A DNA stretch of 64,000 bases from Eledone cirrhosa. Its lineage: Eukaryota. The stretch lies in assembly GCA_964016885.1 (NCBI GenBank), contig OZ024742.1:215698001-215762000 (forward strand), written 5' to 3'. Below the pieces are notes generated by a model that was not told the DNA's origin, searched no databases, and worked only from the letters and a program-made list of their open reading frames with translations. A program made the translations under genes and the position numbers. This document shows positions 40,132 to 54,680 of the stretch, in pieces (position 1 is the stretch's first letter; every line of letters begins with the position of its first letter).

Positions 40132-42740
40132 GTCTGTCTGTGTGCGTGTCTGTGTCTGTGCATGTGTGTCGGTGTATGTGAGCGTGGATGCAGGAAAATC
40201 GGCTATAAAATTAAAGAGAGATTATTTGTTAGACGTAAGGCTTGTTTTAAGGGTTCTAGGTTATGCTGTCTTCTCACCCATCACTGATGATATCCTAATG
40301 ATATAACGATTGAAAATCTTCAGCCCATAGGTTCACATTGCCTAAATTCCGAAGACTGCACTGTTATGAAATCGGACACCCAATCCCTTCAACCACAACT
40401 ACAATGAATTACCTCATTGTAATTAACATATTAATATGTTTATGATTCAGAAATACTTACTAAGGTATAGTACAAAATACACAGAAACACACAAAGATAC
40501 ACACACACATACATGCGCGGACATATGTTTATATAAACGTGTGCGATGATGTTTGTGTATTTTGTATAGGACGTCATGTGCAGCCATATAAATGTTATAT
40601 ATATGGATGTGCACACGGGCGTATTGATGGGTATCTTGAACGTATATCTTGAATTTATCATGTATTTCTACAAGTAGAGAATTATAATTGCTGTACAATT
40701 AGGGTATTGTGAAGGGTGCTAATCTTATATTTCTTAGACCCATTGTAATTCAGTTTACCTCTCTAACGTAAATTCGACCTGTCCTTCATTTCCTATAAAC
40801 GGAAAAGGATAGATACCCAGATATTGTATTTTGTGTTCTTTCTTTTATAGCCAGACACATAAATCATTTATTTCTTGAAATAATTGTGTGAATTTGTTAT
40901 TGTTTTGTTTTGCTTTAAAACAAAACGAAAATAAATTATATTATTATTTATTCGTTATGATAGATAAATTCCAATGTTAAGTCAAAAAGTCAATGAGTTA
41001 CTAAGGTTTTATTGTAAATTGCTTCCTTGATAAATGTTCAATTATAAAGAATGAGTTAGAGTAAAATAAGTTAGAGTACAAAGTAATTACAGAAAATATT
41101 TGTGTAAAATTTATCGCCATGTTCATTGAAACCTAAGAAAATGTGTTCCGTGAAACATATACATATACACCAGGTCCGAACACAAAACAACCAAACTCTC
41201 GGGTCGGCTTAATTGAAGGAATACCGGACGATATACGAACGACCGAATACTTCCTGTCTGCTTTCACGGGCTTTCATTCATTTGTTTTCTGAATTAACGA
41301 CACGTATTTCCTTATGGTTGGTTTTTAGCTGTTAGATTTGTCATACTAAGGCTTACATTGGAGGTAAGGTTCTTGTGGTCTCTGAAAGGATTTCTCAGTC
41401 TGATATTTTCGACTGATTTGTGATGGAATGAATATACCCCGCTCATTGCCAAATCTGCTGCCCAGAATACTGGTTCACTCGGTCACGTCGAAATAGTTTC
41501 ACATTTTAATGTATATTACATAATTATGAATCAACAATTCGTCTCTTTAATGAGTACTGTTGCTAAATATGGCCAACTGCGTTTCATGTGCTCCGTTAGA
41601 TTCCTGATAAAATTCAAAGAATAATCCTCGACATTGTTGGTCCTAATTAATCATATAGGCGTCAATCATATAGTGTAAATGTTGCTACTCTGTGTCTTTC
41701 CAATTCTTATTTTCATGAACATTCTTCTAGTGAGTTTTTTTATTTGTAATTTCACCTTCGTGAGTTTAAACCCGATTTTTTGCTAGATATCATCACTTCA
41801 ATATTGAAGTTCTCAAATTCTATTTTGATACGTATTATATTTATGCACACTCGCGAGTGTGTGTTTGCTGTTACTCTGCATAGTATCTTCTTAAATGTAT
41901 TTATTGTTTGGAAGATCTATACTATACACAGAAGAAATTTCCAATCTAATTATTGCTCTTCCGTCAGTTATTTTGTTACATTTCTTAACGATTTCTCGAC
42001 TAAAGTTAGCATCATAGTTGTCTGTTTTTGCTTCTCCTACTATTCATCAATTCAAATCTAATTCCATTCAATATTCCTTATCCGTATGCAATACGATAGT
42101 TTTAAATAGGATTACAACGCATCAAGATAATATGACCCACACACATAATACACTTCGGATGAACAAGAAAGGGACTTCACATATTTCTCCAGAAACGCCA
42201 TCTCTCTGCTCTCGTATTGGCAGATGTTAGCCAAGAATTGATCTTTCGTACACTATGAAGTGTTAAACTAGCTTTCCAGCGTACTTTTACCTAAACACGT
42301 GAACTGAATGATTTTTTTCCGCTCCACTTGTATTGCGAGAAACGATAGCATAATACTTGCAAGTAGAGTGAATTACAGTAGCTTTGAAGATTTTCGTGAT
42401 AACGCACGATGCTATTTTCCAGTATAAAGGTATGTGAGTTTTCAACCGAAGAAACACTTACTAAGGAAAAGGCTTGGCAACATAAATTACGTAAACTGAG
42501 AAAGAGAGTGAAAGAGTAAAAAAGAACATGAAATAAAGTGATATAAATGAGATATAAAGATTTGGTTTCTCTCTAATAATTTCAAAAGGTTGACCGCTCA
42601 GCTTATATAGTGAAAACATATATATTTAGAGGTTCTCTGGCACCCACTATCATATTTTAAATATTTTCGCGCACACACACATACATATAGATCTATATCT
42701 ATATAAATATAGATATAGATATATATTATATATCTCAGAA

Positions 42741-42906
42741 ATAATAATGGTTTCTATATTTGTCACAAGGCCAGCAATTATCTCAGTGCATTAGGATGAA
42801 AGGCAAAGTTGACCTCGGGGGCATTTGAACTAAGACCGTAAAGGGTCCTAACACTATGCAGCAAAGCATAACGTCTGATCCTCTACCGATACTGCAAATC
42901 CACCGC
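42741..42906 (-). mobile_element. Degenerate SINE
   Basis: Family sequence with an internal deletion; imperfect TSD tatct...aaataataa. Confidence 0.8.
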
Positions 42907-43052
42907 ACTTATCTGAAAAATAATAAAGATTTGAAATGCAACTAATACAAGATGTTTTACATAACACAACGAATAAAAAAATAGCTCAATCAAAATTACA
43001 GTTTACTTTTAAACTTATATAGGTCGTTTGCAGAAATACTCACGGTTAGCAA

Positions 43053-43094
<42 letters not shown>

Positions 43095-43719
43095 TTTATT
43101 TATTGCTAACCGGTGTTAAATAAACTTTGCAAGTGTTGCTGCATGTCTTACAAATACAGGATGACCCCCCCCCCCCCCCACACACACACCAAAACAAATG
43201 TATACACACTTCAACAGCATTCTAATCAAAATTGCCTGTACAGGTAATCAAAGACACCATGTATATTTACGCTGACAGGCGCGCGCGTTTTATAGAGTCT
43301 CAGAACGAATGTTGCAGCTGTTTGAAGAACGGACCAACCTGGTTGTGAAATTCAATTTGTTGTGTATTCCATTGAAACGTGGATACTTTATTTAATTCTC
43401 TAATAGATTACGAGTGACACGACTGACATATTTTATTACAAATAATAAATAATAATAAATCATGTTTGCTATTTGAGTGAACTGCAGTACAAACAGAAGG
43501 AAAACATTTTGTTGTTTTTGCAAAATTGCACATGGGAAGCTGATCAAAATTAACCTCAAAATTATGTAAAATAGACAACATCCATCCATCCATACATACA
43601 TACAAGCATCCACCCATCGATACATGCATACATACATACATACGTATATTGACTGCATCTCGGTTTCGAGAATTGCTGTTCCTTGACTTTTTCTCATAGA
43701 AGGTTGGCACGGAAATTAC

Positions 43720-44702
43720 CTTTTAGCCCCGCTAATGACTACAGCATATGTTGCAGCGAAAGAAAAAGAGAAAAGGAAAAATTCATGCAACGCACGTGAC
43801 ATTCTTGTAGATTAAGGGATGCCTGTGCTTGAATGCTTTTGTGCTTGAATGCCTTTCCCTGGACCAATCCCACGTTCAGAATAACGGTGCTAGGCATGCA
43901 AAAGAAAGAACAGGTTAAAATAATTGGTTGACATCGAATCTCAGGTTTAACATCAGAGATTTCCTTATCCTAGAAATGATGTTCAGAGAAGAACTAGGGG
44001 TGTGTCACTCACAGAACTTCCATATCATCGTGCATACACACATACATATATACATACATACATATAAACATACAAACACACACACACATACGTACATACA
44101 TACACACATACATACATGATGGCTGCAAACTCTGCTAAGTGTATTGCAATTGCTTGTCTTATTACAGAGAATGGTGCAGCTTTAGGCTATGGCCAGCCAC
44201 ACGAACCTATAACAGATCCTAAACAAGCAATGCTTGTACTTTGAAGCTTTTCTTAAGTAGGGAAAGGCCTTGCACTCGACAAATCCCACTCTCTGAGCGT
44301 GCAAAACACTACCCGAAGAGGAGAACTAGACATCATCGGATGCTTCCGAAGCCGCAGGTTTTTTCTTTCTTTTTTCAGGGTTTCCCTCTCTTATAAAGGT
44401 TCTGTGACAACAACTGGGGTTCTTTCACTCTCAGGTGGAAAAAATGTATTATTTGGATGACCGTTGATTCTGCTGAGTTCCTCCTCCCTTTGCCAGGTCT
44501 TGCATTACATCGCGCAAGGTGTCTAAATATCAGCCTTCTCACCAAGCAAGCTTGCTGCGGCTGGCGGTTTAGTCGCCGACGACTCGACCATGAGACGGGT
44601 TGTACTGAGTTACATGTTACCAGTAGCATTCGAGAGTGACATAAGTACATACTTACATACATATATACATTCATACATACATAGAGATAGATAGATAGAT
44701 AT

Positions 44703-44744
<42 letters not shown>

Positions 44745-45110
44745 GGATGGAGGCATACATACATATATACATATATACATAGATGATGGCTGCCCCCTCA
44801 CCATCGAGTATGACCATTGCGAGATATAACATTATTAATAATTATCAATTAATGCCATCGTGCAATGCCTGTGTGTGAAGATTTTTTTAAAGTGAGGAAA
44901 GAGTGTGCACTGAGCCAATCCCACGCTCTGAGGGACAGTAGCTATAACTCGAAAACAAGAAAAGATGAACATCTTCGGTAACTACTGAGCCGCAGGGTTT
45001 ATATCGGAGTTATCACAGTTTCTTGGGTTGCCTTCTTCTAGAAGAATGCCCCGACAAAGGCAAGGGATCCAGTGGTTTAACTTCGCAGTCGGGTAACCAG
45101 CCCGATTATT
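43720..45110. mobile_element. Cluster of RTE 5'-UTR-like repeats interleaved with (TACA)n/(TAGA)n
   Basis: Plus-strand copies at ~43820-43880, 44118-44370 and 44782-45110 (shared gccgcagg(g/t)ttt and caa(a)tcccac blocks); a minus-strand segment at 44376-44635. The RTE assignment is from recall. Confidence 0.45.
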
Positions 45111-45718
45111 TCTATGTCCCCCTGCATATGCATACAAATGCATATATGTATATACAGATATACATATATATATATATATACATATATACACATGCATACA
45201 CGTATATACATATTTACACATTTTTGGATGGCTGTTGACTCTTATGAGTAGTACCGCTCTACATATATAAAAAACGTGCATGCAAGCATACATACACACA
45301 CACATACATACATACATGCATACATATATATTGGCAATTTAGAATGGTAAATATGAGGCACAATTTTCATTTTTATAATGGCCATTCAATATTACACAAC
45401 AATCATATAGTTCCGGTTTAACGTGTTTAACATACATACCCAGGTCAGAATCACAGCAAACATAAAGTGCACGCAAAAACAATGAAATATAGCGATGGAC
45501 TTATATTCCTGCTTCCACGAAGCTTCTAGGGTAATGTTTGTGAATGTTTGTGTGCGTTTGTTGATGCGCGACTGTGTCTACCTAATCGTAGCACTAGCAA
45601 ACCGGAAAAGTGAAGATAAAATGAATTTAATTAGAGACCATTCACTTGAAAACACAACGGTATAGGATAGTGACAATAGACACTTAATTCTTGTTACGGA
45701 AACGAAGTTGTCGACAGC

Positions 45719-45884
45719 AATAATTGTTTATACTTTTGGCAATGCCCCAGTACATTACTGGTACTTTATTTTATCGACCCCGTAAGGATGAAAAGCAAAG
45801 TTAACCTCGGCGGGATTTGAACTCAGACCGTAAAGGGACGTAACTATGCTGGAAAGCATGGCGTCCGACTCTCTACTGATACTG
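45719..45884 (-). mobile_element. tRNA-derived SINE
   Basis: Perfect 16-bp TSD tgtcgacagcaataat at 45709-45724 and 45883-45898. Confidence 0.9.
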
Positions 45885-48787
45885 TCGACAGCAATAATGC
45901 CGAGTAACAATAATACCAGCGATGAAAATATATTATCATCTGGGAGAAAAGAAGAGATCTTCAGGTTGAGGAGAGTGTATGGTAAGTGTGTTTCCTTCAT
46001 CGGCACAATACCAAACAGTAACTAATATTAGTACATTCGAATCAATCATCGCAAAACTGTTTTCCATCAAGGAATGTTGGACTACAATTTTAGCTTCGCA
46101 GACTCTTCTTCAGATTAGGTAGACTGAAACAAATATTCTCCATCTTGGATGTCTGCAAGAAATATCGAGCAAGTAGGGTATCAGACTAGAATGCTGCCAC
46201 CGAGAACAAGATGGTTACATAGCATCAGTAAGCTCGACTGCTCCTGCTTGGAGAACTTGACGTAACATTAAGAAACGGTGGCTTCATATAGAGATCTCTT
46301 GAAGGTAAGATTGGGGAATCTGCCACCTGGACCCTTTCAAGAATAAGTGGGTTCAAGTCTAGTGGTCACAGAAGAAGTAGAGGGAGGAGGAGAAAAAGAT
46401 ATAAAGATAGAGATAATTAAATAGGTAAGTAGGTAGATAGTTGAAAATATATAGAGCTAGTGCAAAGGTAATTAGTGTAAAATCCAACTTCTTCGTTTTG
46501 GCTGAATTGCTGAATCAGTGGATTGCAGCTAATGTGATTAGGACAAATTAGAAAGAACCTCTTTATCAACATCATTAAAATGTAAGTACGAAATGTTATC
46601 AAATTCTTTATGTTGAAATCGTTAAGTATATTTTGAAAACTTAAATAGTAAATTATTGACGTATATTACAGTTAGTGGAGAGAATGCTGACAACAATAAA
46701 TAATAAACATAAAAACAAATGTGCAAAAAGCGTTTGTAATTGTCCTATATATCCCTTTCAGTTACTGTAATATAGAATAAAAACAGTTGATAGGCAGAAT
46801 CTCTTCAAATATCAAATAAAATGTATAATCTTAAATGCCCTTATCCTATGCCTTGGCCCTATAGATATATACGTCAATGCACTGTTGATATATGATACGC
46901 AGCCAAATGAAATGCAAACAAATATCCTATATTCACATAAAAAGAACACAACTAGATTTATAAAAAAAACAACTCAAAACAACACTTTAATCACCAGCTT
47001 ATTTTCTTTTTAATGTATCACATTTACTGCAACGTTAATGGCCTCTTCTGCCTTGTACTCAATTGTTTCATTTCACTCCGTACAATCAAATCTGCCAGTC
47101 ATTTCGTTCTCGCTTCCGTTGATTTTGCTAGTCGGTGACTGTTTCCAATTATCTGCCAATGTTTTCTCATTAGCTTTCACAAAGGAGAGATGGAACGGAA
47201 ACAGCATTTACATTTATCTTTCAAAATTTTTCAAGGGATTTTGCTCAGAATACTTCTCAAGAAAAAGATTAAGTCATACACTCTCATATTACTCCCATGG
47301 ATAAAAAGAAGCATTGCGGCCATATCCTCACATGAAAATAATTTCAGCGTGTATTTGTTGAACGATAAGTTCAGTAGGTTTTAAATTTCGAATTGAAATC
47401 TATTATTTATTTTAGTGATAGCATATACATCTTTGGACAATTTATGAACATAATAGATTACCAGTCACTTCTACTAAATGAAGAGTTCAATATAAATATG
47501 CGTTAAACTTGCTTACATGTTAAATTCAGGACACAAGTTTTATTCTGCGACATTACTACTAATACCAATATCAACGAAAACTTGTGAACGAATTGATTAA
47601 TTATTATTCAGTTCCTAAACACAAGGCAAAAGTATTCCCTCTTTAGAAATGCGTGTTCATTTTGCCATCTAAGGGGTTAGCCACTATTCCACTATATCAT
47701 CATCTATCTCATCAACAAAACTCAGAATCACTACAAAAATATCCTTATCTATTCACAGTAGCTATGTTAATATTAAGAAATAACAAAATTGTTATTTGGG
47801 GAAAGATATATTTTCTATTCTTATATATATATTTTTTTATCAAGCATTGCTTTACAATCATGCGCAAACACAATGTGCAAAGTATTTTAGTAGGTTTTAT
47901 TGACATCTGTTCTCTAGCCAGTACAGTTTAACGATTTACACGTATTGGTGGCATATCTGACAGCTATTTCTAGAAGGGTTTCCTTTATCGGGTCATCTAG
48001 TGATATAGAGTGTTTTTGTTTCTTTTTTTCGCTAAAATCTGATTACATACTTTCGTTCTTACAGTGTAGTTGTGAGTAGATGTACAAGTATCCAATCAAT
48101 ATTTATTCTGCTGTCACCTTTACTCTTCAGGGAATAATGGAGAAAATATAATAAATATAGAATAGAAACCATAATTAAAGAATCTTAATTTAACAAATAA
48201 TTAGACCTACAAACGAATTTAACACTAAATTCAATTTCAACAACTTAAGTAACTATGCAATTAACTGTATTGAAGATACACATACAGCTATATGCAAACG
48301 GACATACACACGCATGCACACATAAACTACTACAAAGGAATTCCCATATCCACATAGAAAATATGTGTATAAATCTAGTACATCTATATTTAACATACAC
48401 ATTCAGATACGATGACTAGATCGGTAGTTTCTTTTCATGCTATAGGCTCTACTTTTTCGTTTAGTTATTACAATTTATACAGGGTGGAGCAAAAATACCT
48501 CCCACATTTTAATGGTTTTCTGCCACAAACCTTATAAGTCAAAACAACTTTGGTTAAATAAGAAAAAATCTTTTTATTTGAAAACGTTACCTATATCATA
48601 CATAATTTAGGTTAGAATATTTTAGATCTAATAGACATTTCCAATTACAACACTGATTCATTAAAATCTCTAATACCAATTTCCTCAAGATATCCTATTT
48701 CTGTTGACCCTCTATGTGACCAAAAAATCTCACAAAGTCTAAACCCGTCATGGATGCAAGTTGCCGTTTAGGATTAAAGAGATCATC

Positions 48788-48994
48788 CCTCTCCAACAGA
48801 AAGGTAATATCAAATTAATTGTGTTTGAAGCAGAGATTGCACACAACACTACATAAAATTCTAAATTAGCGGTCGGTAAGGTGCAAGATTGTTTTAAACG
48901 GCGCTTTTACTGGATTCTTCCGTCCTTGAGGAATCCCGATATGAGAACCATCACGGCCCTGGCAAATAGAGTCTGGCAATTAAAGGAGAAAGGA
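48788..48994 (+). pseudogene. Decayed PLE GIY-YIG fragment
   Basis: PLQQKGNIKLIVFEAEI..*..VGKVQDCFKRRFYW..SLRN..TALANRVWQLKEKG aligns by eye with the 18812 fragment. Confidence 0.7.
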
Positions 48995-49522
48995 TTCCCA
49001 CAAAAGATTACTTCGACGTTATTCCATTTTTAGCATGAGAGGTTTTCTGTATCATTGAAAAATTTAGAATATTACAAGGTTTGTACATGTAGTTTTCCAT
49101 TTCTTAAAAACTTATCAATGCTTTTGTTTTTTTTTTCAACTTGAAATTAAATCTCTATGTAATAGAACTTAGATCTCGAGATTTATGAAATATCGTACTG
49201 GTCTTCTATCATTGCTACATATCACTTAAGTTCAGTAGGCAAAATTTAATTTTCAGTGAACGCAAGATAATATTTTCGTATTATCGTAAGTTAAATTACA
49301 TGATTATAACTGTTCCATACTTTTGAAACCTCAGAAAGGTCCTGTTGATTTCAAACACGCATTACCCAGTCCTGGTGCTTTAACGTCATTTTTATATGTA
49401 TATGTAGACACACACACTAACACACACTCGAACACACACACAAACACGCACACACACACACACATACACACACACCCACACACACATACACACTCACACA
49501 CACATATATATATATATATACG

Positions 49523-49563
<41 letters not shown>

Positions 49564-49589
49564 ATACCATATATATATATCATATATAT

Positions 49590-49630
<41 letters not shown>

Positions 49631-50715
49631 TATATATTTATTTATATATGTTTGTAATTATAATAAGGTTTGCACTCTAACCCATAAATCAAATCATTAC
49701 GAAATAATTTTGGAATATGCACGAAATCTATTCATTTTTCATTTGAAATTTGTTTGTACATTCCTAAACATATTTTCTATGCAAAATGTTGTATGTTTTA
49801 TAAATATACTATCATGAAAATTGAAATATGAAAAAATATATTTGACACATTTTAAAGATAAAGGTACTGATATAGTTATTTTAGTTGATATTTATCCTAC
49901 TTGTACAATACCCGTTTAATCAATATCATCAGTGTGATAATAACATGTTCATTGGCTGTTACGTACATAGCCTAACATCCGTCAGTTTTTATCCTGGAAA
50001 CAAATAAATGTGCTTGTAATCGAAACCATGTACTCCTAAATGGTATAATCTTCCTAGCTATGAAGAGAAGGGGAAAGATTATGTGAGTCGAGAGAGGATG
50101 AGAGTGGGAGAGAGTGGGGAAAACCGAGAGAGAGAGATAGAAACAGTTTGTAAATGAAAAGCCCTGGTATCTCTTGGCAGATGTAAGTATCTTATTACTT
50201 TTTTAAAGTTTAACAACCAATGCCCTAAAAATATTCGTGCAACCGTAATGTATTTTCTATAAATATTTAGAAATTTCAGTGGAGACAGCATGAGAGAAGG
50301 ATGAATAAGTTTGCATTGCAATCCTTAGTTCCTGGATCTGATCCCATTGCATGGCTCCTTTTCAAAATATGCTTTACCCCAGCCAGAGTCCGACCATGCC
50401 TTGTGAATGAAATTGAGTAGAAGAAAAGCGGTTTGAAAGCCCATGGTAGAAATTGCTCCTGTAATTTCAAAGGGCCAGCCTCATAATAGAGAGTGTCAGG
50501 CTGAATCTCTTCATACATTAACGGATACATGTGTCTGTAGAATGTTCAACCAATTAGGCGTTTATTTCATTGGCAGGTTGTACCTTTGGTTGAAGAGGAC
50601 CTCACATACGTCAAAACTAGCTATGTATGATTTAACTAGCTATAAAAGTTATTCAAAAAATAAATATATCTCTGTTTAATATCGGAATAGCTAACACAAA
50701 TGAAATTCTTGAATT

Positions 50716-50898
50716 ATAATTGTGTCTACATTTGGAACAAGGCCAGCAATTTGAAAGGAAGTGCAAAGTCGATAACATTGATCTCAGTGTGTTACAGGCG
50801 CTTTATTTTATCGAACCTGTAAGGATGAAAGGCAAAGCTACATTCGGCTTTATTTGAGCTCAGAACTTAAATGGCCGTAACTTTGTGCTATAAAGCAT
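50716..50898 (-). mobile_element. Old degenerate SINE, longer-tailed variant
   Basis: ctttattttatcgaacctgtaaggatgaaaggcaaag and caaggccagcaat blocks. Confidence 0.7.
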
Positions 50899-53800
50899 AT
50901 TATCTCTAGTGCATCGGAGTAAATACTTTGTAAAATTTGGTTACAACATAGATAAATGCTGGGGCATATTGACATATATTTCATCGTTCCGCTGTGGATA
51001 AATTAAGCACCGATATAATCAGGGCGGAAGGGAACTTATTCCACGTGATCCATAATATCAACGTGAAATCCCTAATTAATCAAAGGCATGTAACTGAATG
51101 CTCCAACACAATCACTACGTTGATTGTTCTACACAAGTAATAGCAAAATTATATTACCACTGGACTCATGAAGTATGTGTTTACTGAAGATAAGAATTCT
51201 CCGAAGATTGCTTCGACGAAAATTGTTTCATTAAACGAGAATGTCTTTACGAGGAGATACACAGGACATATCTATTTTAATTTTAGATAATAGAAATAAC
51301 ATAAATTCCACGTACAAGAAGACTAGATATGATCAAATTAGGCAACGTCTCACAAAACTTCAATACCCAAGTCGGTCGGTAAATACGTAATATGTCATGT
51401 GTACGGATCGAAACTACAGTAAATATTTCCAATAGAGCTTTTTGCATGCATTCCATCTTCAAGATATAAAGTGTATGTAATGGATAGGTATGATATTTGA
51501 TTCTCAGACAATGAGAATGGGAAAAACTGCTGTTTTGGGCATTTTCTTTTCATTTCATCTGCAAAAAAAATGAATTCCGCGCTATTAAATTACATCAGAA
51601 ACATGCCATACAAATAAAAATCCCCTTACAAAAAGCTAATTAATTTTTGAGCCTGAAGCAAAATTTTAAAGCTTTGAAAGCAGTGTTCCCCTCTTTTTCT
51701 CTATCTAAACTAAATGTTTATAGCCTTCTTCAAAATTAAAGTAATGCGAAAGCAGGATATTAGCTGAAAAACCTTTATAAATAATGCACACAAGCACACA
51801 CACACACAGCCACACGCAGACACATACACACACATATACACACATGTATGCACACAATCATTCACTTAGACACACACACACACACATATATCTATATATA
51901 GATATATATTTATATATATATAGATATACAGATACATACACACATACGGACATGCATGTTTGTGTGTGCGTGTGTGGGTGTGGGTATGAGAGTGTGTTTG
52001 TATATATATGCTTTAGTTAACGTGCTATATATATATATACATATATATATATATACATATGCTATTCTGGATTTTGTTTAATTATGTACACGTATGCACA
52101 ATCACCTATATATTGACATATGTATACATAATTACATATGTAATATCTAAATGCGTATGTGTGTGAATGCATGTGTGCGTGTGTGCATGTAGGTATTCGT
52201 GTGTGTTTATGAATGCGTGCAAGAAAATTTGCCTGCAGGTCATTTGGGTGTAGACTGACAAGATATATTAAATTCAACTTTCTTGGATTTTTGCTTCTTT
52301 TTTAAACCACACCGTCGACTCAAAATATTTGTTTTTAATTAAAATGGAAGTACAACATAAACCTTGCATTTTATTCTTTTGTAAAGTCATCTGGTAAGTC
52401 TCCATATAGACAGAAGAATAAGGAAAATTAGGAAAAATAATTACATCGAATTTTTTTACGATATTCAAGACGGTTGGATATGGTCTTGTCAAAGTTATGT
52501 ATTTATATGTAAGCTTTGATTTCTACCTTGAAATATTTTGTTGCGCTCCATATTTATTATGTTTTTAATGCATTTTACTAATTTTCATATTTTGTAGTCG
52601 ATTCAACCTGATAACATTGCGTAGGGATGTGATGCAGTGATCAAGAACTCCGGGACTCTCATTTGACAAAGGCTGGAACACAACACTACGAGATAGTAGC
52701 CTCTACGTTGACAAATTTTTCTTCTTTGGTCCGACGAGCAATGAGCATGCACTGGTAGACAAACGTGCCAGTTTATCGCCGGAGAATCTGGCGCAACATG
52801 TGGCATCCCTGCAACATGTAGAACGGGAAGCTTCACATGTTGCCTGACATTTTATCGCCCCCTCGGCCCAGTCATATGGCTATAACAAGGGAGGGAACTA
52901 CGACATCCAAACTATTATTTATTATTTCGTTTTAGAGCAGCATGTCGTGGGGCGCGACCCGCACAATGACGGCACGCCTGTGCGTCAGGACTGAAAGTGT
53001 CCACAGTCGATCTGCAGCGGCATTAGTGAGGATCAAAGATCCGGATGCCGAGCCTCGCGGAAACGCAAGGGCGGAAACAGGTGCTGTCCTGCTTAGTGTG
53101 GGGTTAGGAGGTGAAGCGAAAAAAGATGCGAGACAGTGCGGGGCTTCACTCGCACCATGCTGTCTGTGATCATGTTTCAATGTATGGTGTTCCATTTGTT
53201 TTAACGTGACTCTACAGCACACAGAGGGAGATGGGCATCCGGATGTCGGAGACCGAGCTGACACCATATCTCTTAGAACGCCTCACGTTCCCCGAGCACA
53301 GTAGGTTCGGTTATGTTGTGAAGAACCCTGTTGGGGAGGACACTGCCAGATGTCATCGACGAAAGCAATGCTGGCAGAGCACATCAAACTAGAGACCATA
53401 GAGAGAGATCACAATATTTGGCGGCTAAGTTGGCCTGTTGCACTCTACTGTCATCAAACCTGCATGTAACAGTGGTAGTAATATACGCCAACGTAATGTA
53501 GACGATAAACATATTAGAAATGTATTAATCGTGGAAAACCCATACAAAACTGCACCTAACTGGTTATTAAACATTCACTCACAAATAAGGTACTGCTAGT
53601 AGATCCCGCACCGATACTAATGTGTTTATATTGGGTCTTGCGTCTACAAATTAGCAATCTCTGGACCACATTGTTAACATATTTCTCTTCCTCTGGTTAT
53701 ACGTAATCTATCCTATGTTGCCCCAATTTATAAAGTTTCCATCACTTTCCAGGCTAATCAGTCTGACTGAAAATATACCACAATGACCTAGAAACTCTAC

Positions 53801-54632
53801 TTGCAATACACAATTTAAAAGGAATATAATCTTCCCCCTAAATTATACAGGCACTGAAACGTTATGGAAGCCATGGTGTTAACAAAATCCCATTATGACA
53901 GCCGCTTTTAGAATCTTCAATGGTGCAGTAAACAATTATCTCAGATTTTATGTTTCTGGGAAAAAAAGTGCTGCTTCCTTGAAGCAATATAGCTACAAAT
54001 AAGGTGTGAGTACAATATTTTACAGATGCTACATCCACCTAATTTTATATATTACTATTTGACTCACAAGGGTTTTAATTTTGGAAGCTTATTGCTTTCA
54101 AGTATGTAAAATAGATATTGCATTCTACTATGATAGAGGCGAAAATATTGTTGCAGTAGTCTTATAAAGTTAAAAAGTAATTTTTTAATAAAAACATGTT
54201 ATACGATCCCATACTAGATACTATACATAACTTATTAACAATCATTAAATTCGTTATGAGCATGATGATGTAACTTCTTTCAAATTTCCATTCCACTTTG
54301 CATTACCATTAAATTAAATGTAACTAATAACTCCGTAAATCATTAACTATCCAAAATGTTTCAGTGTTATTTAACTGACCCTAATTACTACTCGCTTGAA
54401 AACTATAAATACGAAAATACGGAGAATAGATGGAAAACACCTGTAGTTCTAGTATACCTTTTTAAATGTTAATTGTTCATAGATTAGTGAACATCTTTGT
54501 AAATTATTTGAGATATTATTTCATGTCCCATTTATCGATGTTGTTAAATATTTAAACACTAAGTTAATTAATCAATAAGTTAATAATAAACACTAAGTTA
54601 ATAATTCATATTTACAATTGAATAAACACAAA

Positions 54633-54680
54633 AATAATTGTTTCTACTTTTTGGCACAAGGCCAGCAATTACCCAGTGCA
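54633..54680 (-). mobile_element. SINE 3' tail fragment
   Basis: aataattgtttctactttttggcacaaggccagcaattacccagtgca; TSD cacaaaa(a/t)taat. Confidence 0.8.

Noticed and set aside
40280-40330. CTGATGA followed by a small hairpin
   Set aside because: No correctly placed GAAA box or stem I, so not called as a hammerhead.
41200-42500. Possible decayed CR1/L2-type RT on the minus strand (HETQLA near 41575)
   Set aside because: Only one short motif; too degenerate to support.
48476-48720. Tc1/mariner-like terminus tacagggtg
   Set aside because: No convincing partner TIR or transposase remnant.
50276-50530. 84-aa ORF with KLQEQFLPWAF, reminiscent of an L2/Rex1 C-terminus
   Set aside because: Single weak motif with no further support.
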